A stretch of DNA of 64,000 nucleotides from Nitrospirota bacterium (GTDB taxonomy: Bacteria; Nitrospirota; UBA9217). Location of the stretch: the NCBI GenBank assembly GCA_035623825.1, contig DASPSR010000005.1:1-64000 (forward strand). The letters are read 5' to 3'. Positions within the stretch are counted from its first letter, which is position 1, and every line of letters begins with the position of its first letter. The notes beneath the pieces were generated by a model that worked only from the letters and a program-made list of their open reading frames with translations, had not been told where the DNA came from and did not search any database. Below, one piece after another: positions 44,340 through 52,731 of this stretch. The translations under genes were made by a program, and so were the position numbers.

Positions 44340-45368
44340 TTATGGTTTCGATTCATGCGCCGCCTGAATGAACTTCCTGATATTGTCATAGGGCACCGTG
44401 GGCGGAATATCGCAGCCCGGCATGAGCACAAAGCCGCCGCCCGTACCGCAAGTTTTAATTACATCCTTGCAGGTGTTTTCCACGTCCTGCACGGAGCCGT
44501 TTAGCATAATCTTCACCGGGTCCACATTACCGCCGAAACACATCTTCCCGTGGAGCACTTCATTTGCCTTTACCATGTCCGTCTTGTGGTCCAGGCTGAT
44601 GCAGCTTGCCCCTGTTTGCGGGAAGAGGTCAAGTCGGTCCGTGGTGTTGCCGCAGATGTGGACCAGCGTATGAACGCCCTTGGACCTCGCCCAGTCAGTG
44701 AATTTCTTGAGATAGGGCACAGCAAACTTCTCGAACTGCTTCCGGGAGATGAGATCTCCCGAGGCTGTGGGGTCCGCAAGGCTTATGACCTCAAGCGTTT
44801 TGTCCGCGACGATTGGTTCGTAGAGGTGGATCAGGAGATCGGTGGCGAAGTCCACGACCTTCTCGACAAAGGCCGGCTTCTTGAAGGTGGCCTTCATCAT
44901 GGCCTCCTCTCCCACGAATCGGGCGCCGAGGGTGAAGGGGCCCCAAGCCGTCATGGTCACAGCATAGGTGTCGCCGATCTTCGCTTTCGTCTGGCGCAAA
45001 GACTTTTTTACAACATTTATGGTCTCGTCCTTGTCTATGTCAGCAATCTTGAGCTTCGCTAGGTCCTCCTCCGACGACACGAAGTGGCCCTCAAGGTCAG
45101 GCGCACCCATCTCGCGGAACTTGATCTTCCCGCCCAGGGCCGAGGCGTGGAAATTATTGTAACCCGAACCGGCGTATACGACATCGCACTGAAGCGTTTC
45201 GCTCATGGCAACGAGCATGGCGGTCATCTTGTCAGCGTTCCGTGCAAGTTCCTCGAATGACGTCCCGAACCGCTTGATGCTCCACATACCCGCGCCGAAG
45301 AGGGTCACCGGCAACCTTTCGGTCTTGCCTCCCTCAAAGGCTTTGAGAATCACGTTCTTCGGTTTCAT
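44340..45368 (-). CDS. MtaA/CmuA-family methylcobamide:thiol methyltransferase (UroD fold) 2
   Basis: GPFTLG, ADPTASGDLIS, Zn motif VHICG...MPGCDIP, GNVDP. Confidence 0.87.
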   Translation of the reverse strand: MKPKNVILKAFEGGKTERLPVTLFGAGMWSIKRFGTSFEELARNADKMTAMLVAMSETLQCDVVYAGSGYNNFHASALGGKIKFREMGAPDLEGHFVSSEEDLAKLKIADIDKDETINVVKKSLRQTKAKIGDTYAVTMTAWGPFTLGARFVGEEAMMKATFKKPAFVEKVVDFATDLLIHLYEPIVADKTLEVISLADPTASGDLISRKQFEKFAVPYLKKFTDWARSKGVHTLVHICGNTTDRLDLFPQTGASCISLDHKTDMVKANEVLHGKMCFGGNVDPVKIMLNGSVQDVENTCKDVIKTCGTGGGFVLMPGCDIPPTVPYDNIRKFIQAAHESKP

Positions 45369-45402
45369 AGCGTCTCCTTCCTAACTAAGTGGAATTGCAT
45401 TC

Positions 45403-45732
45403 TCAGATTGCATAACTGTGGACCATCCGCTTGAAATCTTCAAGGTCAAGAGGCGTCTCAACCGCAGCCTCATTATAATTAGTGCGCCCGAAGCCAAGAC
45501 ACAGGACGGGTATTTCCGGTGCCACGGTCTTGATGATATGCACAGCGTCCTCCGCGGACAGGCCAAAAGGCTCTGAGTCAACGATGATGAGGTCATAACT
45601 CCGGCGCAGGACTTTCTGGACGGCGTGGGCGGGGTGTTCGACAGTTTCCACATTATGCCCTTCATCCCGAAGGACCCCGTACAGGCTCTTAATCATCAGG
45701 GGATTGGAGGAACAGAGGATGATATCTTTCAT
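45403..45732 (-). CDS. Atypical single receiver-domain protein
   Basis: Receiver-like pattern with YDLIIVD but no N-terminal DD and no KP; start set at 45732 because the ATG at 45744 abuts the -12 element, upstream of the predicted transcription start. Confidence 0.6.
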   Translation of the reverse strand: MKDIILCSSNPLMIKSLYGVLRDEGHNVETVEHPAHAVQKVLRRSYDLIIVDSEPFGLSAEDAVHIIKTVAPEIPVLCLGFGRTNYNEAAVETPLDLEDFKRMVHSYAI

Positions 45733-45746
45733 GCTAGCAGACATGG

Positions 45747-45762
45747 TGCAACTACGATGCCA
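45747..45762 (-). promoter_or_regulatory. Sigma54 -24/-12 promoter for the methyltransferase operon
   Basis: TGGCATCGTAGTTGCA on the minus strand (GG-N10-GC). Confidence 0.8.
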
Positions 45763-46002
45763 GGCCGCAGATGGGACCGCATTGGAAGAGGCCTATATCG
45801 TACCTCGCTATTAAGTGTTACTGAAAGAAGTCAGTCAGGGTCCCCCACTGCGATTCCCGAGAAGAGAAAAGCACCCGAAAACCCGGAGGAAACGCGTCCT
45901 GCATTTTCATTGATGGTCCTGTAGCTCGCATCCGGGGAGTCGGAGCCCACGGCGTCGTCCGAGGCCTCAAGCTGAATCTATAGATTATCTTCATCTGCAG
46001 AA

Positions 46003-46045
46003 TAGATGAAAAATGCCCCACGCTGCGGGGATATTTTCCTCACCT
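46003..46045. promoter_or_regulatory. Candidate bEBP upstream activator sites (or metF terminator)
   Basis: Minus strand GTGAGG-AAAATAT-CCCCGC and GTGGGG-CATTTTT-CATCTA in tandem, about 240-280 bp upstream of the sigma54 promoter. Confidence 0.4.
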
Positions 46046-46085
46046 TATGCGTAGTATGAGATCGGATGGATCGTTGTTCTTTGTC

Positions 46086-46952
46086 CTACTTTTTCCCGAT
46101 GGCATGCAGTATTTCGCTCACCGAGTCTGATCGATTCATGGTGTAAAAGTGGAAATACTTCACTCCGTTTTTCATCAGGTCCTCACATTGCCGGACCGCG
46201 AATTCCACGCCGCGCTTCCGCATTTCTTCGGGCATGTCCATCACCGGCTCCATCCTTTCGAGGATTTCCCTCGGCACCGTAGCATTGCAGAGACTGGCGA
46301 ACTCTGCGACTCTCTTACAGTCTATGATCGGCATGATTCCCGGTAGAACGGGTATCGAGATGCCGAGTTTCTCGGCCCGGTCCATGAAGGCGTAATAGTA
46401 GTGGTTGTCGAAGAACATCTGAGTGATGGCGAAATCCGCACCAGCATCGATTTTTTGCTTCGTAAATTCCATGTCTTTCTCTATGCTTGGCGACTGCCCA
46501 TGCCCCTCGGGATACACTGCCACGGCAATAGAAAAAGAGCCGTATTTCTGGATGAGATCGACGAGGTCTCGTGCGTATTTAAACTCTCCCTGGCCTAGGC
46601 TAAAGCATGGTGCGTTCCTTGGCGGGTCGCCGCGTAGCGCAAGAATGCTGTCGATGCCGGCGGCCTGGTACTTCTCAAGGAGCACAGACAGGGACGCCCT
46701 CGTCGCCCCGACGCACGTAAGGTGCGACATTACGGTGAGCTCAGTCTCATTTTTTATCTCTGTAAGGGCCTCGAACGTCCTATCCTGAGTGGTGCCGCCT
46801 GCCCCGTAAGTAACGGAAACGTACAGCGGGTCGAAGACCTTAAGTTCTTGTACGACCTTAATGAACGCGTCTCTTCCCGCATTCGACTTCGGCGGGAAGA
46901 ATTCGAAGGATATCCCTTCCTTCCGCTCTTTCAGTTTTTCTATGAGTTTCAT
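46086..46952 (-). CDS. metF: 5,10-methylenetetrahydrofolate reductase
   Basis: ISFEFFPPK, SVTYGAGG, HLTCVG, LALRGDPP, YPEGH, ITQMFFD, HFYTMN. Confidence 0.95.
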   Translation of the reverse strand: MKLIEKLKERKEGISFEFFPPKSNAGRDAFIKVVQELKVFDPLYVSVTYGAGGTTQDRTFEALTEIKNETELTVMSHLTCVGATRASLSVLLEKYQAAGIDSILALRGDPPRNAPCFSLGQGEFKYARDLVDLIQKYGSFSIAVAVYPEGHGQSPSIEKDMEFTKQKIDAGADFAITQMFFDNHYYYAFMDRAEKLGISIPVLPGIMPIIDCKRVAEFASLCNATVPREILERMEPVMDMPEEMRKRGVEFAVRQCEDLMKNGVKYFHFYTMNRSDSVSEILHAIGKK

Positions 46953-47025
46953 GGTTTTATCCTCTGACAGTATTATCCCTCTTTTGGATGCTTTTTTACC
47001 ATTTTGAAATCATGGTCACATAATG

Positions 47026-47041
47026 TGGCATCGCCATTGCA
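47026..47041 (+). promoter_or_regulatory. Sigma54 -24/-12 promoter upstream of cobW
   Basis: TGGCATCGCCATTGCA (GG-N10-GC), 76 bp before the ATG at 47118. Confidence 0.72.
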
Positions 47042-47117
47042 TTAAACTGAACATCGGATTCTTTTTGCATTCTGTCGCATCGGTGAATTCAGTATAGTAA
47101 ATTAAAGAGACGGTCTT

Positions 47118-47993
47118 ATGAAAACGACAATTGTCTGCGGTTTGCTGGGTTCGGGAAAGACAACGTTTATCAGGAACTTCGTGAAGGGCCTGGCGGGGAA
47201 AGCCGTTGTTCTGGTGAACGATTTCGGCGCCGCAGGAATCGACGGAGAGATATTCTCCACGGACGGAATCGAATCTGTCGAGCTGCCGAGCGGGTGCGTG
47301 TGTTGCACCCTTAAGTTCGACCTGATCACCACGATCCAGAGAATCGCCAAGACGTTCGCTCCAAAGCACCTCCTGATCGAACCGAGCGGTGTTGCATCTC
47401 CTTCCGGCGTGCTTGAGGCACTCGAAGGTGCTGGAATCGGGACGGCGAACGTGGTCGGTATCGTAGATGCCGTGGAGTTTGCCGAACTCTACGAATCGGG
47501 CAGGTACGGAAGCTTCTTCGAGGATCAGATAGCCAACTCCGACGTTATCCTCGTGAACAAGACTGACCTCGCCGGAGAGGCCGCCATCGCTGCTGCGGAA
47601 CGGTTGATCGCATCCATCAATCCCCATGCCGTACTTCTCCGTACGGTGAACGCCGATATTGATATTCCCCTTCCCCGGTCGCCCCAACACCGCAGAATTC
47701 GTTCAGGCGATTGTCATTTCAATTTTGAGACGGTGTCGTTAAGGATCATCAGTAAGCCTGCTTTCTCCGTAATAAAAGACTTTTTTGATGAACTAGCGAA
47801 AGGACGGTTCGGGTCAGTGGCGCGGGCAAAGGCGCTGGTGAACACGCAGGAGGGACCGTACCGGTTCGACACCGCCTACGGCAAGATTAACGCGGTCCGC
47901 TTTGAAAAGGACATCGAGAACAGCAGGCTTGTCGTCATCGGAGAAGCGCTGGACAGGCAGGGCATGGAGCGTGCTCTCTTCGCGGGCATATAA
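47118..47993 (+). CDS. CobW/COG0523 metallochaperone GTPase
   Basis: GLLGSGKTT, NDFG, GCVCC, IEPSG, NKTD. Confidence 0.92.
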   Translation: MKTTIVCGLLGSGKTTFIRNFVKGLAGKAVVLVNDFGAAGIDGEIFSTDGIESVELPSGCVCCTLKFDLITTIQRIAKTFAPKHLLIEPSGVASPSGVLEALEGAGIGTANVVGIVDAVEFAELYESGRYGSFFEDQIANSDVILVNKTDLAGEAAIAAAERLIASINPHAVLLRTVNADIDIPLPRSPQHRRIRSGDCHFNFETVSLRIISKPAFSVIKDFFDELAKGRFGSVARAKALVNTQEGPYRFDTAYGKINAVRFEKDIENSRLVVIGEALDRQGMERALFAGI

Positions 47994-48157
47994 CAGGTTC
48001 TTCAAACACTGAACGTGATTGTATATCGCAGCCTACTGTCGACGTCCCGGCACCGCCAACACGGAAGGAATCATTCACGAGTCCGTGCACATGACGCTGC
48101 TCATTATTGCAGGACATACTTGTCGTTTCACGCTATAGCCGTGATGACGTTATAACA

Positions 48158-49492
48158 CTAGGGATTGATCCCGTACTTTTTGAGTTTAAGGTAAAGGGTT
48201 TTCCGGTCTATCCCCAAGAGTTGGCTTGCTTTGGACTGGTTGTTGTTCGCTTCCTTCAGGACCTGCAGGATGTATTTCTTCTCCATCTCTTCGAGGGAAG
48301 GGTTGGTCCCGAGTTGCGCGACGACAGAAGGGGATGGTATCGAGAGGTCTTCGGCCCCAAGAGTGTCCGATTCGCACAGTATCACTGCCCGTTCGATAAC
48401 ATTCTCGAGTTCCCGCACGTTGCCTGGCCAGTGGTATGCCGCAAGCATTTCCAGGGCATCGGGCGTGAGGCCAGTGATGTGCTTGGCGAGCTTTTTCGCA
48501 TACTTCTCGAGAAAATGGCGGGCAAGCTCCGGGATGTCCTCTTTCCGCTCCCGGAGGTGTGGAATGGCAATGTTGATTACGTTCAATCGGTAAAAGAGGT
48601 CTTCCCTGAACTTTCCGGCCTTGATCAGCTGAGGAATGTCCTTGTTCGTCGCGGCGATTACCCGCACGTCAACAGAGAGGGTCTTGTTCCCGCCCACCCG
48701 CCGGAACTCGCCGGAATCGAGGAACCGAAGGAGTTTTGCCTGGAGCGCGATAGGCATCTCTCCGATCTCATCGAGGAAGAGAGTCCCCTTATCCGCCACT
48801 TCAACGAGTCCGTGCTTCATCTGGTATGCGCTGGTAAAGGCTCCTTTCTCGTGGCCGAAGAGCTCTGACTCGATGAGGTTCTCTGACAGGGAGGCGCAAT
48901 TTAGGGCGATGAACGGAGCCTCCTTGCGCGTGCTGTAGTGCCAGACGGTGTTCGCGACAAGCTCCTTGCCCGTGCCGCTCTCGCCCTGGATGAACACAGG
49001 CGAGTCCGTGGGAGCCACCTTCTGGATGAGCGCGAGGATGTCCTTGAGCTGTTTGCTTTTACCGACGAACTCCAAGGGAGATTCGATTCTGACCAGCTCC
49101 TGCTCCAGAAGCTTGCTCTTGACTGAGAGCCTGCCGTACTCGTAGGCCCGCTCGATGACGATCACCAGCTCATCGAGTTTGTAGGGCTTGGTGAGGTAGT
49201 CATAGGCGCCGTTCTTCATGGCCTCCACCGCGGTCTCCACCGTTGCCTTGCCGGTCAGTACGATGATAGTTGGCGCTTCCGAGTCCTCCTTTAGCTTCTT
49301 CATGAGCGATATTCCGTCCACGCCGGGCATGACGATGTCGAGGAGGATCACATCGAACGAGCGATTGCGCAGGAGCCGCAGGGCCTCGCTTCCGTCTGCG
49401 GTTGCCTCCACGGAATAGCCTTTACGGGTAAGCTCTTTTTTCAGGAGCCTTCTGAATGGCTCTTCATCATCCACGACGAGAATGTTGATCAT
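48158..49492 (-). CDS. Sigma54-dependent response regulator (NtrC/AtoC family)
   Basis: Receiver VDDE/LDIVMP; GESGTGKE, ELFGHEKGAFTSA (GAFTGA variant), FLDEIGE, WPGNVRELEN; Fis HTH. Confidence 0.95.
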   Translation of the reverse strand: MINILVVDDEEPFRRLLKKELTRKGYSVEATADGSEALRLLRNRSFDVILLDIVMPGVDGISLMKKLKEDSEAPTIIVLTGKATVETAVEAMKNGAYDYLTKPYKLDELVIVIERAYEYGRLSVKSKLLEQELVRIESPLEFVGKSKQLKDILALIQKVAPTDSPVFIQGESGTGKELVANTVWHYSTRKEAPFIALNCASLSENLIESELFGHEKGAFTSAYQMKHGLVEVADKGTLFLDEIGEMPIALQAKLLRFLDSGEFRRVGGNKTLSVDVRVIAATNKDIPQLIKAGKFREDLFYRLNVINIAIPHLRERKEDIPELARHFLEKYAKKLAKHITGLTPDALEMLAAYHWPGNVRELENVIERAVILCESDTLGAEDLSIPSPSVVAQLGTNPSLEEMEKKYILQVLKEANNNQSKASQLLGIDRKTLYLKLKKYGINP

Positions 49493-49599
49493 AATAGGAA
49501 ACTCAACGGCGAAGGTGTGAAAAACACGCAGATTTTTCGTAACTGCAAGACTTAAAGATTTCCTCTGCGCTTTTCGCAGTGAAATGCGCCTTTGATTTC

Positions 49600-51630
49600 T
49601 TACTCCTTGCACATGATCGACGGAAGCGTAATGATGAATGTGGCGCCCTTGCCGGGTTCGCTGTCCACATCGATAGCGCCGCCGTGCTCTTCCACAATTT
49701 TATGACAGATGGTAAGGCCGAGCCCGGTCCCTTCACCAACAGGCTTGGTGGTGAAGAAGGGATCGAAGATCTTGTCCAAAAGATCGGGTGGGATCCCCGC
49801 GCCTGTGTCAGAAACTGACAGGCGGATCCGGCTCGGGCAGGCAATGCGTCCGTCTTCCCGCATCAGGTCATCCTCGGCTGTCCGGATGGCGATGCTGCCG
49901 CCCTCGGGAGTGAAGTAGATGGCGTTTAATAATAGGTTCATCAACAGCTGACGCAGGCTGCCGGCGTCTGCGTAGATTTTCGGAATATCCCGGTTCAGGT
50001 TGAGTTCGAGGGTGTGCTTCAGCCGCGCGGTACGGTGCTTGAGCAGGAGAAGGACTTCCTTGATGAGCTCGTTAATGTCGATTTCGCGGAAGGTGCCTCC
50101 GGACGGACGGGCGAACTCGAGCAGGCTTCTGAGGATCGTTTTGCACCGAAAGATTTCATTGTGGATTGTCCTGAGATACTCGGGAAAGTCCTCGAACTCC
50201 CGGATTCCGGCAAGCGACTGGTCGTGGGCCCGGTCGAGGAGCGCCTCCGAGTAGCCCGCAATGATCCCCAGAGGGTTGTTGATCTCGTGAGCGATGCCCG
50301 CGACAAGTGTACCCAGGGAGGCGAGCTTGTCCGACCGGATGAGCTGCTGTTCGAGCCTCCTCTGGGCTGTCACGTCCTTAAGGTAGTGGACGATTGCGTA
50401 GAGCCTGCCCTCCTCGTCGACGAGCGGGTATGCCCAGAAATGGAATATGCCACCGCTAACGCTCTTCATCTCCTGGAACGACGGCCTCTTGCATGAGAGC
50501 GTTTCGGAGCAGAGACAGCCGTCGGTCAGCAGGATGCCGATATTTTCCATGATCTCTGCGCACAGCTTGCCGGTGATCTCTGTTTTGGAATAACCTGTCC
50601 TAGCCAACAGGGTATGATTCGCGCGGATCACCCGTTGTCTGCCGTCCTCGATCCAGACCATGTCGGTGATGGCGTCGAATGTGCGCTCCCACTCCTTCTT
50701 TTCTTTTGAGATCTCCTCGAACAGGAGCGCGTTCTCGAGAGCGACAGCGATATGCTTGGCGACGGGGAGAAGGATCTCGTAGTCTTTCTCCGAATATTGC
50801 GATGGCCTGGTGCTGTCAAAATTGAATACGCCGAGCATGCGGTCATGAAACAAAGGGATGCTGATCGTCGACCGGATGCCTTCGTGCAGAAGCTTTCTGT
50901 CGAGCGGGAACGCAGTTTCGTTCAAATCGTAGCTGATCCAGGGCTGGTTGTTCCTCACGACCCAGCCGGCGCTGGTTCTCTCGATCGGGGCCTTCACCCC
51001 CTTTTTCATCGCGGTCTTCATCTCCGTGTCCAGAGCGAAGATCAAGAGGTTGTCGTCCTTTTCATTGTACAGCAGCAGGCTTGCCCTGCTGTAGTTGATG
51101 ATTTTCCGAAGCTCGGAGACAACCATCCGGAAAATCGTCCCGATGCTCAGGCTGGAATTGATGATACTGCTCAGCTCGTTGATCAGTTCGCCTTGCGTTG
51201 CCCTGTCCCGGTGCGCTCTCGAACCAGGTTCTGAAGGAGCGGCCTTTTGTCCGGCCGCATCACGGACCACGATGATCATTGTGTCCGGCCGATGGTTTCT
51301 GACCGGGATAACGGCGATCCTGGAAGCCAGGGGGCTGCCGTTCTTTCGAAAACAGAAGGATCGCAGAGCCGAGGAGGATTCTCCCCCGGTAGGCACATTT
51401 GTGGAGGGAGAGCGGCCGGCGGATCCGTGCTCGCTGAGAATATTGTCGAGCGATATGAACTTTTCGAGATTCCTGCCGATAACTTCACTGCGCTCATATT
51501 CGAAGAACAGAAGCACATTGTCATTGCAAGAAAGGACCGTCCATTCTTTGTCGACAATGAAGGCAGGCAATCTGAGAACATCGAGCGTTCTTAATAACGC
51601 CGAACTGTCCCTGTCGATCATGATTTTCAT
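49600..51630 (-). CDS. Cytoplasmic PAS-GAF-PAS sensor histidine kinase
   Basis: No TM segment; PAS (CFRKNG), [23 protein letters not shown]-box, DTGAGI, FFTTK, GTGLGL. Confidence 0.92.
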   Translation of the reverse strand: MKIMIDRDSSALLRTLDVLRLPAFIVDKEWTVLSCNDNVLLFFEYERSEVIGRNLEKFISLDNILSEHGSAGRSPSTNVPTGGESSSALRSFCFRKNGSPLASRIAVIPVRNHRPDTMIIVVRDAAGQKAAPSEPGSRAHRDRATQGELINELSSIINSSLSIGTIFRMVVSELRKIINYSRASLLLYNEKDDNLLIFALDTEMKTAMKKGVKAPIERTSAGWVVRNNQPWISYDLNETAFPLDRKLLHEGIRSTISIPLFHDRMLGVFNFDSTRPSQYSEKDYEILLPVAKHIAVALENALLFEEISKEKKEWERTFDAITDMVWIEDGRQRVIRANHTLLARTGYSKTEITGKLCAEIMENIGILLTDGCLCSETLSCKRPSFQEMKSVSGGIFHFWAYPLVDEEGRLYAIVHYLKDVTAQRRLEQQLIRSDKLASLGTLVAGIAHEINNPLGIIAGYSEALLDRAHDQSLAGIREFEDFPEYLRTIHNEIFRCKTILRSLLEFARPSGGTFREIDINELIKEVLLLLKHRTARLKHTLELNLNRDIPKIYADAGSLRQLLMNLLLNAIYFTPEGGSIAIRTAEDDLMREDGRIACPSRIRLSVSDTGAGIPPDLLDKIFDPFFTTKPVGEGTGLGLTICHKIVEEHGGAIDVDSEPGKGATFIITLPSIMCKE

Positions 51631-51763
51631 ACAAGATTATATTATCACACTGCATATGCCCCTTCAACAGGAAAGCGATCATTTCACGGTACTTGACTCC
51701 CGCGGTCATGACGATTATTATGATTATACGGACATATTCCTTAGTGCGAGGGGCTCCCAGCTC

Positions 51764-52717
51764 ATGAAGATCAGGATTGGACATCTCTCGACCTTCTATC
51801 ACACGTCGATCCTCTTAATGGCAACGAGCGACACCGATTCGCGATTCGGCGCTGAGATAGAATGGAGGCTGATGGGTACGGGGCCGGCGATCATGAAGGC
51901 CTTTGGCAGGGGCGAGCTTGATATGGCATACATCGGACTGCCGCCTGCTATCATCGGCATAGACCAAGGGATCAAGGTCATCTGTGTGGCAGGCGGCCAT
52001 GTTGAAGGAACGGTCATTGCGGGGAAATCGCAGTGGACCGGGTTTCATGAGTCCGACGACCTCGGAATGATCCTGAGTCAGTTCCGTGGAAGGAAGATCG
52101 GAGTACCTGGAAGGGGTTCCATCCACGACGTTATCTTATACGACTGCATTGAGCGGTTGGGTTTTGCTCGTGATATCGAGATCGTCAATTATCCGTGGGC
52201 GGATCTTGTGACCGAGGCGGTGGTCAGGGATGAGGTATCTGCTGCCGTGGGTACACCCGCCCTTGCCGTCGCGATCAAACGATTTGCTGCTGGTAAAGTG
52301 CTCTATCCGCCTTCAAGTCTCTGGCCCAATAACCCGAGCTACGGAATTGTTGTGGACACCGGCTATTTATCAAGGGAAACGACGATGGTTGAGAAGTTTC
52401 TCAGACTCCATGAAGAAGCAACCGAATTCATCAGAAAACGGCCGGCTGAAGCGGCTCGGATGATTGCGGATTACATCGGTATCGTTGATGAGCGCTTCGT
52501 ACTTGACACGATCATGCTTTCCCCCAAATACTGTGCCCAGCTCACCGATGGCTATGTATCAGCGACCATGAAGTTTGTGACGGTTTTAAAGAAGCTGGGG
52601 TATATAGGATCAGACGTTGAACGGGAAAGAATATTTCATCACGATCTGATCGCCCGAATCCACCCAGAGAGGGAGCACTACAGCGATGGGATTGATTCCT
52701 TACGTACGACTCCGTAG
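51764..52717 (+). CDS. SsuA/TauA/THI5-like type II periplasmic-binding-fold protein, no signal peptide
   Basis: IRIGHLST, GELDMAYIGLPP, GRKIGVPGRGSIHD, P.EAA; no neighbouring permease or ATPase. Confidence 0.72.
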   Translation: MKIRIGHLSTFYHTSILLMATSDTDSRFGAEIEWRLMGTGPAIMKAFGRGELDMAYIGLPPAIIGIDQGIKVICVAGGHVEGTVIAGKSQWTGFHESDDLGMILSQFRGRKIGVPGRGSIHDVILYDCIERLGFARDIEIVNYPWADLVTEAVVRDEVSAAVGTPALAVAIKRFAAGKVLYPPSSLWPNNPSYGIVVDTGYLSRETTMVEKFLRLHEEATEFIRKRPAEAARMIADYIGIVDERFVLDTIMLSPKYCAQLTDGYVSATMKFVTVLKKLGYIGSDVERERIFHHDLIARIHPEREHYSDGIDSLRTTP

Positions 52718-52731
52718 GGTGAAAATCCCGG

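Noticed and set aside
44160-44340. Riboswitch (cobalamin/SAM) or selenoprotein ORF in operon spacers
   Set aside because: No B12-box, SAM core motif or SECIS-like context was recognised; an Infernal/Rfam scan would settle it.
41319-45368. Calling the UroD-fold genes hemE
   Set aside because: They lack the HemE RQAGR signature, carry the HxC...C Zn motif and flank a corrinoid protein.
33018-47993. Interpreting the cluster as methanogenesis or as archaeal contamination
   Set aside because: No mcr, other mtr subunits or CoB genes are visible; sigma54 promoters, bacterial MetF and continuity with bacterial core genes indicate a bacterial locus.
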